Source of the DNA: Asterionella formosa
Taxonomy: Eukaryota
Length of the DNA: 42,961 nucleotides
Direction: 5' to 3'
NCBI GenBank assembly: GCA_002256025.1
Contig: NKIB01014492.1
Span: forward strand, 1 to 42,961
The position numbers were made by a program, and so were the translations under genes. Below, in pieces: positions 22,550 to 32,611 of this stretch (position 1 is its first letter; each line of letters begins with the position of its first letter). The notes under the pieces are model-generated. The model searched no databases. It had not been told where the DNA came from and saw only the letters and a list, made by a program, of their open reading frames with translations.

Positions 22550-23989
22550 ATGAAGTTGTCTCTGTTGACTGTGTCTGCGTTTGTCGGCACATCGGTTGCC
22601 TGGGAAATAGACCCCCGCTGCCCTGGTTACATGCGTCAGCGTCGTTTGCAAGAAAAGATGGACTTGTTTGGTGACAAGGACATTGTCGGCCCTGATTCTC
22701 GCATGGTGAACCAACTACCGGTAACTGAGAACACTCATGGCCTTGTGAACCATGTGACACGCAATCTTCGTGGTGCAGAAGGAGAACACACCCATCGAGA
22801 CCTTGTGTCGTCCTTCCAATTGAAAATGTATTGGCAACAGGGGTACTGCTGGCAGGACGAGTGGATTGAGCGCAAGTGGTGCATTTCTTGCCAGGGGAGG
22901 TCATGCGAGAGTGGTGAACCCTTGTGGGTTCAGTTTTGCAATGCCGCTGATAAAAGCCAGCAATTCAACTACATTCCTGTTGCTGGCACAGGAGGTGGTC
23001 AGCTCATGACAGCCAGCACGAATTTATGCTTGGAGCGCGTCATTGGAAATAACACATTTGTCCTTGCTGGCTGCAAAATTATGGATATGGACAAGCAGAT
23101 CTTTGTTGGCATCAAAACCGACGGCAGTCGCTTTGAGCTCAGTACAAAGGGAAGTATTGGCAAGTGTCTCGTCAACTATTGGCATCATCCTAAAGCCGGA
23201 GAACTTATCTTTGCTGACACTTGTGATACGGCGCGACATGTTCATACAAACGAATGGACAACGTACAATGGTGGATCAGAGTCGAACCCTTTCACCGCCT
23301 CTGACTTGACGAGCGTGAAAATTCACACCAATAAATGCAGCAGCAGTCGACCTTGTGGGCTTTGTGAGGGAGACTGTGACAGTGATAATCAGTGCACAAG
23401 CGGGATGAAGTGCTTCCAGCGTAATGGTGTTGAGAGTGTTCCAGGATGCTATGGCGCTGGAACTATAGGTAGTGATGTTTGCTATCAACCATCGTCACCC
23501 ATTACGAACATCACTTCTGGCGCCGCCTCCTTGAAATTGCGCAACCCTGAATGCAGCATCAGTCAGCGTTGTGGTATTTGCGAAGGAGATTGTGATAGTG
23601 ATGATGAGTGCATGGTTGGAATGAAGTGCTTCCAGCGCAGCAGTCTCGAATTAGTCCCTGGTTGCACTGGTGCTGGGATTGCAACAAGAGACTACTGTTA
23701 CCAACCTACCAGTACTGTTCTGCCTGGTCGCATCAACACTACTGTGGCAACCCCTTTGAAATTGCGCAACCCTGAGTGCAGCATCAGTCAGCGTTGTGGT
23801 ATTTGCGAAGGAGATTGTGATAGTGATGATGAGTGCATGGTTGGAATGAAGTGCTTCCAGCGCAGCGGTCTCGAATTAGTCCCTGGATGCTCTGGTGCTG
23901 GGACATCAGGACGGGACTACTGCTATCAGGCCTCGTTGTTCCCTATCAAAATTTTCAACGCTGTCTCTGTGAATGGTACAATCAATTGA
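22550..23989 (+). CDS. Secreted frustulin-like protein: signal peptide, RxL pro-region, Trp/Cys-rich ricin-B-like domain, three acidic cysteine-rich (CEGDCD) domains
   Basis: Leader MKLSLLTVSAFVGTSVA; RRL, RNL and RDL sites; FQLKMYWQQGYCWQDEWIERKWC domain; three CxxCEGDCDSDxxC..CFQR..VPGC..DxCY repeats. Repeats 2 and 3 are nearly identical in DNA. Confidence 0.85.
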   Translation: MKLSLLTVSAFVGTSVAWEIDPRCPGYMRQRRLQEKMDLFGDKDIVGPDSRMVNQLPVTENTHGLVNHVTRNLRGAEGEHTHRDLVSSFQLKMYWQQGYCWQDEWIERKWCISCQGRSCESGEPLWVQFCNAADKSQQFNYIPVAGTGGGQLMTASTNLCLERVIGNNTFVLAGCKIMDMDKQIFVGIKTDGSRFELSTKGSIGKCLVNYWHHPKAGELIFADTCDTARHVHTNEWTTYNGGSESNPFTASDLTSVKIHTNKCSSSRPCGLCEGDCDSDNQCTSGMKCFQRNGVESVPGCYGAGTIGSDVCYQPSSPITNITSGAASLKLRNPECSISQRCGICEGDCDSDDECMVGMKCFQRSSLELVPGCTGAGIATRDYCYQPTSTVLPGRINTTVATPLKLRNPECSISQRCGICEGDCDSDDECMVGMKCFQRSGLELVPGCSGAGTSGRDYCYQASLFPIKIFNAVSVNGTIN

Positions 23990-24129
23990 CCTTACTTTTG
24001 ATGATTCCAGGATGCTCTTCTCCATTTCCATGTGAAATATACCATGGAAATTATTGCAATGATGGGTGTGTTGGAAATGGAAATTCAATTTGGTGTGCAA
24101 AGACAGGTAATTCAGAACTCTTTGTCGCC

Positions 24130-24275
24130 TTTAATGGCATGATTTTGTTGCTATATTTCTGATGAAGTTAGTGGATGGATGAGATCATACGTTAGTACTT
24201 TATAATGATTTAATGGCATGATTCTGTCACTATGTTTCTGTAGTCTGTGCAGTGATGGGATCATCAGTTAATACT
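24130..24275 (+). repeat. Diverged ~80-bp tandem duplication
   Basis: tttaatggcatgattttgttgctatatttctg..gagatcatacgttagtact versus tttaatggcatgattctgtcactatgtttctg..gggatcatcagttaatact. Confidence 0.65.
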
Positions 24276-24944
24276 ATAGTTTGATGTTTTCATTCTCTTT
24301 TGCAGGTATTTTGAGATTCGAATGATCCTTGGGCATTGATTTTAGTCAACGAATATAGAGGGAGAATAGGACATCTTCCCAATAGTCTACCGAAGCTATT
24401 ATCTACATGATTTCACGTTAGGCTGCTGAGATCCTTCTTTGTCTCGTTTCAAGAGTATCAACGATGTCTCCCTGAATAGCCGACGCAACCAAACCGATAT
24501 TATCAGGGTTGGGCTCGCACTGACTTAACTAATATTCGCTGGAGCATTTCCATTTTGAATGTGCCAAGGAGATGGTGACCATGATTTGAGTGTTCTGGGT
24601 GATTGCTTTGCAAGTAAAAGGATGAGCCTGGTATTTTTATTGGATGTTCTGAATGTCAACATTCACATTCTGACTTCTCCATGATCCCCCTCCCTCTGAT
24701 AGTCGATATTCTTGACAAGCATTGGTATTTGCGTTGATCGATTTACTCTTTCTACCCCATCCAAGTTTGAAAATCGCTCCTTTAACCTTTATTGGTCGCT
24801 TGCAATAAATAGCGAAAATGCCGGTGAACAACAACGGAGTATACAGTTCCATGGAATTAAAAAGTACATGATATTGCATTTCCTTGGTGGATATACCAAC
24901 CATTTGAGGTATGTGGAAGAACACCAACTGTTTGCTTTCCTCTA

Positions 24945-25892
24945 TTACTTCTGCTGATTCATTTGCGACGACACTCCTCCAACTGCCAACAATTTTTCTT
25001 GATATTCATTTTCAGTTCTATATCCTGGTCCAAGAGTCCACTTTAGTTCCTCGTTGGTTACCACACGATTACTTCCATAGGCGATCTGACTAACTCGTTT
25101 CAAACGATATGGAATCAGTTTTTGATTGCCGTAGATAAATTCCATAGTCTTTGGATTGTATCCTCGATCATGAATCCACAACTCATTTTCGGTTAGGGAC
25201 AGTTGGTCCCTCACCAAGATTTCCACACCGGGCATCATTTGCGATTCTACCAATGCTTCTCCGTGTATCATAATGGCATGAAACGCAGTTGCGCCTTCTT
25301 CGGACTGATGCTGAGAGTAATACGCATGCTGGATAGGATCTGGACAGGTCGACCACTGCACGTCGCAATTTGGCAATAACGCGGTCTTGATTGCGTTCTC
25401 GTTGTCATCGTCGGAAGTGGTGTTCCAAATATCGACCCATTTCAATGGATCTGCTTCTTGTCGCAATTTCATTTCCACATCGTTGCGGATGGTATACAAC
25501 ATCATGTTGACACAAAGGGGTTGCACTACTACTAATCGGTAGTAGCGAAATCGAAATATCCGCTTGGGATTGCCGTCAAAGTAAAATGCCGCAAGCCGTT
25601 CAGTTGGAGACAAAGGAACCAGAGTGCAATGGATATTCTCATGGCCTCCACCCTCTCGTGGTTCTAGTCCAGCCATACGATCGGCCACGACTTGATCGTA
25701 GTTGTCAAAGTCACCAGAGAAAGAGTCGGCAAAGGCGTCAAACCAACATGGCATGGAAGAAGTATGCAAACGCAGCAATAATCGCGCTCCTCTGTTTTGA
25801 ATGGATTTTACTGGAACCAAAGTAAGAAAGGAATTGATGGGAGAGACAATTGTCGCAAGGAGGAGTAATGACCACAGTATTGTCTCTGTCAT
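24945..25892 (-). CDS. CpcT/CpeT-family (bilin lyase/CRUMPLED LEAF-like) protein, probably plastid-targeted
   Basis: FSGDFDNYDQV, HENIHCTL, FRFRYYRL and LWIHDRGY..FIYGN..PYRLKRV fit the CpcT/CpeT pattern. The start MTETILWSLLLLATIVSPINS-F gives a signal peptide with +1 Phe. Confidence 0.75.
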   Translation of the reverse strand: MTETILWSLLLLATIVSPINSFLTLVPVKSIQNRGARLLLRLHTSSMPCWFDAFADSFSGDFDNYDQVVADRMAGLEPREGGGHENIHCTLVPLSPTERLAAFYFDGNPKRIFRFRYYRLVVVQPLCVNMMLYTIRNDVEMKLRQEADPLKWVDIWNTTSDDDNENAIKTALLPNCDVQWSTCPDPIQHAYYSQHQSEEGATAFHAIMIHGEALVESQMMPGVEILVRDQLSLTENELWIHDRGYNPKTMEFIYGNQKLIPYRLKRVSQIAYGSNRVVTNEELKWTLGPGYRTENEYQEKLLAVGGVSSQMNQQK

Positions 25893-26838
25893 GGTCAGAT
25901 GGAAGGGACACTGCTGATGATCCCAGGAATGATGACACATAAATCTAGAAATGTCATGTCGATATACCGGCATGTAGATTTTTTTCGCAAATCCTCTTCT
26001 CCTTCTTAAACGATACAACTCAATTTGTCAAAATGTGTCAGTTAGGCTGTTGATGTCGACAGGTGTTCGAAGACTAGATATAGTCTGAGATGTGTCTGAC
26101 TGGAATACCGGTAGACAGTACCTGGCAACGGTATTTATATACCGGTATGTATGTAGCAGCACAAGCAGGGCGAGAAAGGTCTTGGCATTCCAGGGCAGTA
26201 CCAGGTACCAGGTGGTTGAAAATTGTAGTGCCACTAAAATCAGAATCATGGCAAATATTTGTCCATGTCCACAAAATTATTGGGGGTTTGGTGCCACCTC
26301 GAGAAAAACATNNNNNNNNNNNNNNNNNNNNNNNNNNNNNNNNNNNNNNNNNNNNNNNNNNNNNNNNNNNNNNNNNNNNNNNNNNNNNNNNNNNNNNNNN
26401 NNNNNNNNNNNNNNNNNNNNNNNNNNNNNNNNNNNNNNNNNNNNNNNNNNNNNNNNNNNNNNNNNNNNNNNNNNNNNNNNNNNNNNNNNNNNNNNNNNNN
26501 NNNNNNNNNNNNNNNNNNNNNNNNNNNNNNNNNNNNNNNNNNNNNNNNNNNNNNNNNNNNNNNNNNNNNNNNNNNNNNNNNNNNNNNNNNNNNNNNNNNN
26601 NNNNNNNNNNNNNNNNNNNNNNNNNNNNNNNNNNNNNNNNNNNNNNNNNNNNNNNNNNNNNNNNNNNNNNNNNNNNNNNNNNNNNNNNNNNNNNNNNNNN
26701 NNNNNNNNNNNNNNNNNNNNNNNNNNNNNNNNNNNNNNNNNNNNNNNNNNNNNNNNNNNNNNNNNNNNNNNNNNNNNNNNNNNNNNNNNNNNNNNNNNNN
26801 NNNNNNNNNNNNNNNNNNNNNNNNNNNNNNNNNNNNNN

Positions 26839-27418
26839 ACAACATGGCATGGGGATAGATGAAGAAGGATGTGACAATCAAGTTCAGGATGATTGCCCTG
26901 ATTCCATAGTTGTAGTCAGGATCATCATTGCTGGCCTTCACATTCACAGTCGTAGACAAGATGAACCCAACCACCAACCAAATGGCATTCGACAGTACGA
27001 GCCAAGGATTGAAATTGATAGCACCAATAACAGCAGCAATACTGAAAAAAATGGATAGAATAGTGATGACAATTGCTGTTGTAAACGCTGAATCTAAACC
27101 TTTGTAGATGTTGTCGTCATTAGATTGAGCGCTGGAAATAGCAGCAATCACTAAAATAATAGTGATGATAGTGAATGTGATCAAAACGAAATTGATTGCG
27201 ATGGTAGCTCTGCGCACATCACAGCAGCAACCACAAAATGAATGGCCTCGCTTGGGACCAGATAAGTCAACGGAGTTCCTTACTGAATTCTGTACGACTT
27301 GTGGATTCTTACCCGAAATGTTATTTCCAGGTAGGGGCTCGACCGCCTCAATATCCATCACTGCAACTCCTTGTGCAATGACAGGGCTGTCGATTCCTTT
27401 GGTGGTTTCAATTGTCAT
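26839..27418 (-). CDS. Four-TM membrane protein with a CGCCCDxRRA motif; 3' end lies in the assembly gap
   Basis: GHSFCGCCCDVRRATIAIN followed by four hydrophobic segments and FFIYPH before the N run. Confidence 0.75.
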
Positions 27419-28125
27419 GATTGTTAATTAGTGATGATGAGACTAAAAATGATAGGATCAGAATAAAGATCTTTGCTTGTGCTACATAAACAAAATTTGT
27501 GACAGCGAAGGTTCAATCATCAAACATGATTGTGTCCTTGTTCTGGCTTTGTTTTATTCGTGTTGCCGTACCAGGGTACCGATATTGAAGTTGAACGTTG
27601 GTTGTTAAACTCACATGATTGTACCTCGTTACTGTAGTGGTACCAGGTACAGTACCAGTGCGTACAGTAATCTAAAATAGGCAGCTGAGTCCTGCAGCAA
27701 AAAAGAAGACATGTACGATCCTGTATACGCTTATGCATTATCCCACACACACAACGGCCGTATTAAGGATCCGTATTCCCTTTCATGTATATAAAGAAGT
27801 CGACCAGGTACCGGTACTGTAATTACAACACATATATATATCCCGCGACATACCGTTATATACATCCGTAGTTCATCAGTACTGATATTATACCTGGTAC
27901 TGAGTACCAGGTACCTACCAGGTACCCGACACAGCATTTATGATAGCTAGCGGCATAAATAATACCCGTCCAGTAACAGGTTTTGTTGCCTTTACCGTTC
28001 GTCTGTTCTCAAGAAGTCGCACGATTTAAATAAGTACTGACCTGGAGTCTTCGTTATGATGCAAGAAGAAGTTGTCGTTGGGCCCAAAGAACACAATAGT
28101 CCCGAAATGACTACTGGTACCTGCT

Positions 28126-28561
28126 TACCACCTAAAAACTGAGAAACAATGTTTAATAACTCCTTATTCTGAGTAAGATTATCGATGTTTCTTAAATGAT
28201 AAAATTCGAACGAACTTAGAGCCAGGAATGAACTGACAAACTAAAATTCAGACAATAAATTGATTTTCTATATATATTTAAAAAAGTGATACCAGCAGCT
28301 GAATAGAGTAAAAATTAATTTAGCTTTTTCATTCAGTTTCTCGTCGACAGCAACCTTTGGGACTAAAATAACGCTATTAGCTAATTGACGAGTTCAAAGC
28401 ATGTCCATTATTGATTAGTACATGAATCACTACAACATTGCTTGAAAAACTATGTTCGCTATTGAGCATATCTAGTCCAAAACGTGAATTTACTCGATTC
28501 AGCGTTGATTCTCACTCAGTTCAAAAATTTCCAAACATTGACTCTCAGTTTTTAGGTGGTA
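28126..28561. mobile_element. MITE with ~27-bp TIRs and TA target-site duplication (Tc1/mariner-type)
   Basis: Left ta|ccacctaaaaactgagaaacaatgttt and right aaacattgactctcagtttttaggtgg|ta, 2 mismatches. AT-rich non-coding interior. Confidence 0.85.
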
Positions 28562-28804
28562 CCTGGTGGTACCGGGCGGTATTGCCCTACATCATATTAC
28601 ATTTCCTACCAAAATCTACACACCCAAAATTCTTCACTCATTTACATTACATACCAGGGGAATTGCGGAAAAATATGGCTTTTACTAGCTATAAGGAAAA
28701 CAAAGCTAAATTTCTCAGTTACCCAACTTGCACAGTAAAAGTGCCTTGAAGCGATTAGAAAACTAGGTATTTTTCCCTCAGAGTGGCGGAAGACATTGCA
28801 AATA

Positions 28805-29447
28805 GGGCCAATGAAATGGAGGTGAGTAATTCACTTCGACCAATTAAAATAGGAATATTAAAGCGGGCACTTCAGGTAGAATTTGTTGTAGCTACAGGAG
28901 ATTTTAAGACTAAAAATTGAATGACAAAACTCCTTTTTGGATGATGAAATTTTTGGCACTTAGTGATTCTGATTTCGATATTTTGGAGACAGTTGAAAAG
29001 GCCGATTTTGTTGATTTTTTCGAGAATGATTGCTCAACATTGGTTGGGTTTGCAGGATAATTAAATGCACTGGGCGACTCTATATGCATAGCGTCAGAAG
29101 TAAGCTTCTGATGAGAAACTGCAGAAAGGAAGTTCGGTTTTTACAATGCCAAATGAACTGATTTCCTCCGAACTTTCTAGTCTTTATAGCATAGTTCAAA
29201 AACAGAAGTTCCTTCTGCAGTTTCTCGTCAGATCCTATCTCCTGACGTTACATAGATTTGACCTATACCCCTACTTTGACCAAGAATGACTGTATCTAAG
29301 CATATGGAAAGGGTGGTGAAAGCTCTGTTTAACGATATACACAAAATCTTTTACTCGCAAAAAGTGTTTGTTTGCTTACTCTGAGCGACTCAATAAAATA
29401 TTTTCAACCATAGTTCGAGTTAGTAGGGGTTCAAATGCAGGAACCTT
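28805..29447 (+). mobile_element. Solo copy of the Mutator-like element terminal region (copy 2)
   Basis: Colinear with 14195-14953 (ggccaat..gaccaat.aaaata..aagcg.gcactt; ttgacctatacccctactttga; ggtgaaagctc; ggggttcaaatgcaggaacctt). Internal inverted repeat at ~29110-29140 and ~29197-29232. Confidence 0.8.
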
Positions 29448-29742
29448 TATTTAATTATGTACTCACCAGAATGAATTCTACATGGAACACCAAGGCAAAA
29501 CTGGTTCGTTTAGGTGTTACTCTCTTCTACAACAAATGATATCAAATGCATTCCTGTTGTGAAGCACCTATATAATCTATTAGCTAGTTTGACCCTACTC
29601 TACCTTATCAGAGACCTTTGCATCAAGGTTATATATTTCTATTTTTATTCTAGTTTTAACTATTATTTTTTGCTTGCTATATTTGAAATCGATGTTGCAC
29701 ACTTTTTTGCTGGAGATCAGCAATCTACTAAACATTTTATTC

Positions 29743-30115
29743 TGTCATGAGCTGATCACCTCCTGTGCCACCAACAGGAAGGTAGTTGAATTGCTGACTT
29801 TTATCGGCAACCACAAGGGTTCACCGGTCTCGCATGAGCTCCCCTGACAAGACATTCTCCACTTGCGCTCAATCCCCTTGTCCTGCCAGCAGTACCACAG
29901 TTGCCAACACATATTCAATTGAAAGGACGACCCAAGGTCTCGATGAGTGTATTCTCCTTCTGCCCCACAAAGATTGCGTGACAGATGATTCACATGCGGT
30001 GCTGTTGTCACCAAACATGTCCATGTTCTTTTGCAGATGCCTTGGGCAACCAGGGAAAGGGTGTCGAGAACCCAGGCAACAGATGTGCCTGGAATCGCGG
30101 ACAGGCAGAATCGCA
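29743..30115 (-). pseudogene. Truncated, frameshifted paralog of the 5' part of the frustulin-like gene at 22550
   Basis: GTSVAW..; LCGAEGEYTHRDLGSSFQLNMCWQLWYCWQDKGIERKWRMSCQGSSCETGEPLW aligns to the intact gene, with internal deletions. Homology ends at ggaggtgatcagctcatgacag. Confidence 0.9.
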
Positions 30116-30434
30116 GACAGTACTCTATCTCGGTTAAAACTATGCCCACCAAAACCCCCTCCTCTGAAATATTTCTCTTCACTCTAAATTTGTTTTATAG
30201 CTCCGATATTCCACTATTAGCCCAAGGAAAACGAATGTAAACTGATGGGGCATAATTCATTGCTAATTGATGGACCTTAATATGCACAATTTCGCTATTG
30301 AAGTCAGTTTAACTCCACGAGAACGACAGTTCCATTGTTTGCTATGTCACAATCTGAAAACCAGTACAACAAATTGCCATGCATAAAAATCGCCCTTTTC
30401 CTGTGATGATCAATAAAAACAACTACTAGGGCAA

Positions 30435-30919
30435 TTATAATCTCTCGTCTCTTGCTCCACCAGGACTAGTCTTGGTGACTTTGATGTCAGAAGGTTCCAG
30501 TGTTGTCGCTGCTGTGATAGGTTCAATGGTAGCCATTTCTGTTGGATTCATAGTAGTGCTCCCTTTCACATGTTCCTTATCAATCTTGACCTCTTTTTGG
30601 GGCAAGCAATTTACGGCGTCATGTGTCAGACTCTCTTTCCCCTTCCAACCAAACATGCACCATACATGACACACGTACCATAATTTCCTCGTTCATTTAC
30701 AACGCCTCGCATAATTTGATGCAATAACATATCTTCGGCTTCATTGATACCGGATAAGCATGCTTCAATTTGTATGGCATCCGTCAGGAAACGATTTCTG
30801 TCAAATTCTGCCTTGATAGCAATCCGACTTTCTCGAATGGCATGCTGATCCCCAACAAAGAGTTTGGATCGAGCTCGGAACAATCGTCGATATCCAGACA
30901 AGACACGGGATTTGTACAT
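30435..30919 (-). CDS. LYRM7: LYR-motif complex III assembly chaperone LYRM7/Mzm1 (2 exons)
   Basis: MYKSRVLSGYRRLFRARSKLFVGD..F..NR..EAEDMLLHQIMRG. Exons 30919-30679 and 30592-30435 with an intron at 30678-30593 (gtacgt...aag), giving GNYEVKIDKEH. Confidence 0.8.
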
Positions 30920-31364
30920 TTTGCTCGTTGCCAATGTAATCCGTATGAATGTAAAGCAAGGTGAATGAACCAACAGAAACCAAAAACGGGAAGGTGAAAC
31001 TCTGGATCCTTGCACTCATACAAACCGGTATGTACTAACAGGTAGATTACTGAAGGTAAGACACGACCGACGGTGGATGGAGAAACCAGGCGCTGCGAGA
31101 AGGTCAACCTACTCGCGCCCCCTCCCAAGCCTCGAACACAAGAATACTCGTCGCAGGCAGACTCCTCCCGAGTACTGGTAGGGTCTTACTAATAACAACA
31201 CCGGTACTGGTAGGCAATTCCCCCTCCAGCTATAAGAACTATCATCTTGCCACTCGGGTATTGTAAGTAATCTTTATTTAGGGGCAATATAGGGCATATC
31301 GAATTTTTCGGCATGAGTATTTTAGGATGACAGCCAGAATAACGGTAATATACATAAAAAATAA

Positions 31365-31493
31365 TTGGTGAAAGCTCCGTTGAGCGTTATACATATTTTA
31401 ATTTTAGGCCTGAAAAGTACGTGTTTGATTAGTCTGACTCATTATTACTTTTCTAACCTTACCTAACTTTAGTTGTTCAAATGCAGCAACCTT
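31365..31493 (+). mobile_element. Short third copy of the Mutator-like terminus
   Basis: ttggtgaaagctccgttgagcgttatacat..gtgtttgattagtctgactca..gttcaaatgcagcaacctt matches 14829-14953. Confidence 0.7.
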
Positions 31494-32611
31494 GAGTTGC
31501 CATGTACCAGGGTACCTGGATTTTATGTAGTTACGACTGCCCTGGTACTGGTACCTGGTACCAGTACCGTAGTGCATCTGTTTGGTCATTCTACAGGGAT
31601 CGGGCTGTAGGTACAGCGTATAGTTCCCTGGCAGGGGTATTTGAATTTAGGAGCAAGTGTTGCTTGCATCGCTTCATAAGTTTCGCATCGAGATCAGTGG
31701 TGCTAGAAAAATTCAGGACAAAACATGTCGGCAAAATAATGCTGCATAGTGCATACAGGGTTTAAGAAGATTTTTAGCTAAATAATTATGTACCAGTGCC
31801 TACGAGGGCCAACAGATTTAAGACACGTTAATTTGTCTTCTGTCTAGAAAATTATTGGCTGTTTGGTACATGGTACTACCTCGAGAAGAATGTATAGGGT
31901 GGTAGTGGTACCAGGTTTAAACTGCTGCATACTTGTACTGTACTATGCATATACACATCCAAAATGTCATGTTCTTAGCAATAGAGCACCGGTACTACAT
32001 ATACATAGTAAGAATTATATTTAATCAAAATCATTGATTTCGACAGTCTTGACGGTAAATCAATAATGCAGTTGTTATCTACCGGTACCAGTGTACCAAA
32101 GGTAATCAATTAAAATATTTAATTATCCTGTACATTCGAAAACGACATGTAAAAACTATTAAGTAAATTTCACATGTAGTCAGAAGACAAGATATCAGTA
32201 CCAGGTACCTAACTCGACATTTGTGGCTTCATAACTATATTACAGGTTGGGACTACCAGGTACTAAATCGGTACTCGATACGCCTCAATGCAGGTGGAGA
32301 ATCTAGAAATCCAACGCACAAGCACCTACAAGAAAGCAAAGGGTTGCTTCTCTACCACATACCACTGTTGATTACCGATAAACTGGTAAGTCATTACCCT
32401 ACATAATTGTAACGGTACACACACATAATGATATAATACATGATACGGTACATGGATCAGTGCAGGATTCGAAACTTTTTCTGAATCAATGCACAACATA
32501 CAGCGCGAAACCAGCATCTGAAAAAAGAATTGGTCAACTTTTGACTCTGTTGCGCCCACAATTTTCCAGTTGGCAACAAAAAGAATACTTCACCTCCTAT
32601 TGTTCCTCATC

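Noticed and set aside
25893..26018. Upstream extension of the CpcT-like ORF
   Set aside because: The ATG at 25892 begins a clear signal peptide, and the extension has no targeting or family features.
26074..27058. Long ORFs spanning N runs (also 14451-14759, 35269-36222, 37547-38300)
   Set aside because: Their length comes from Ns translated as X.
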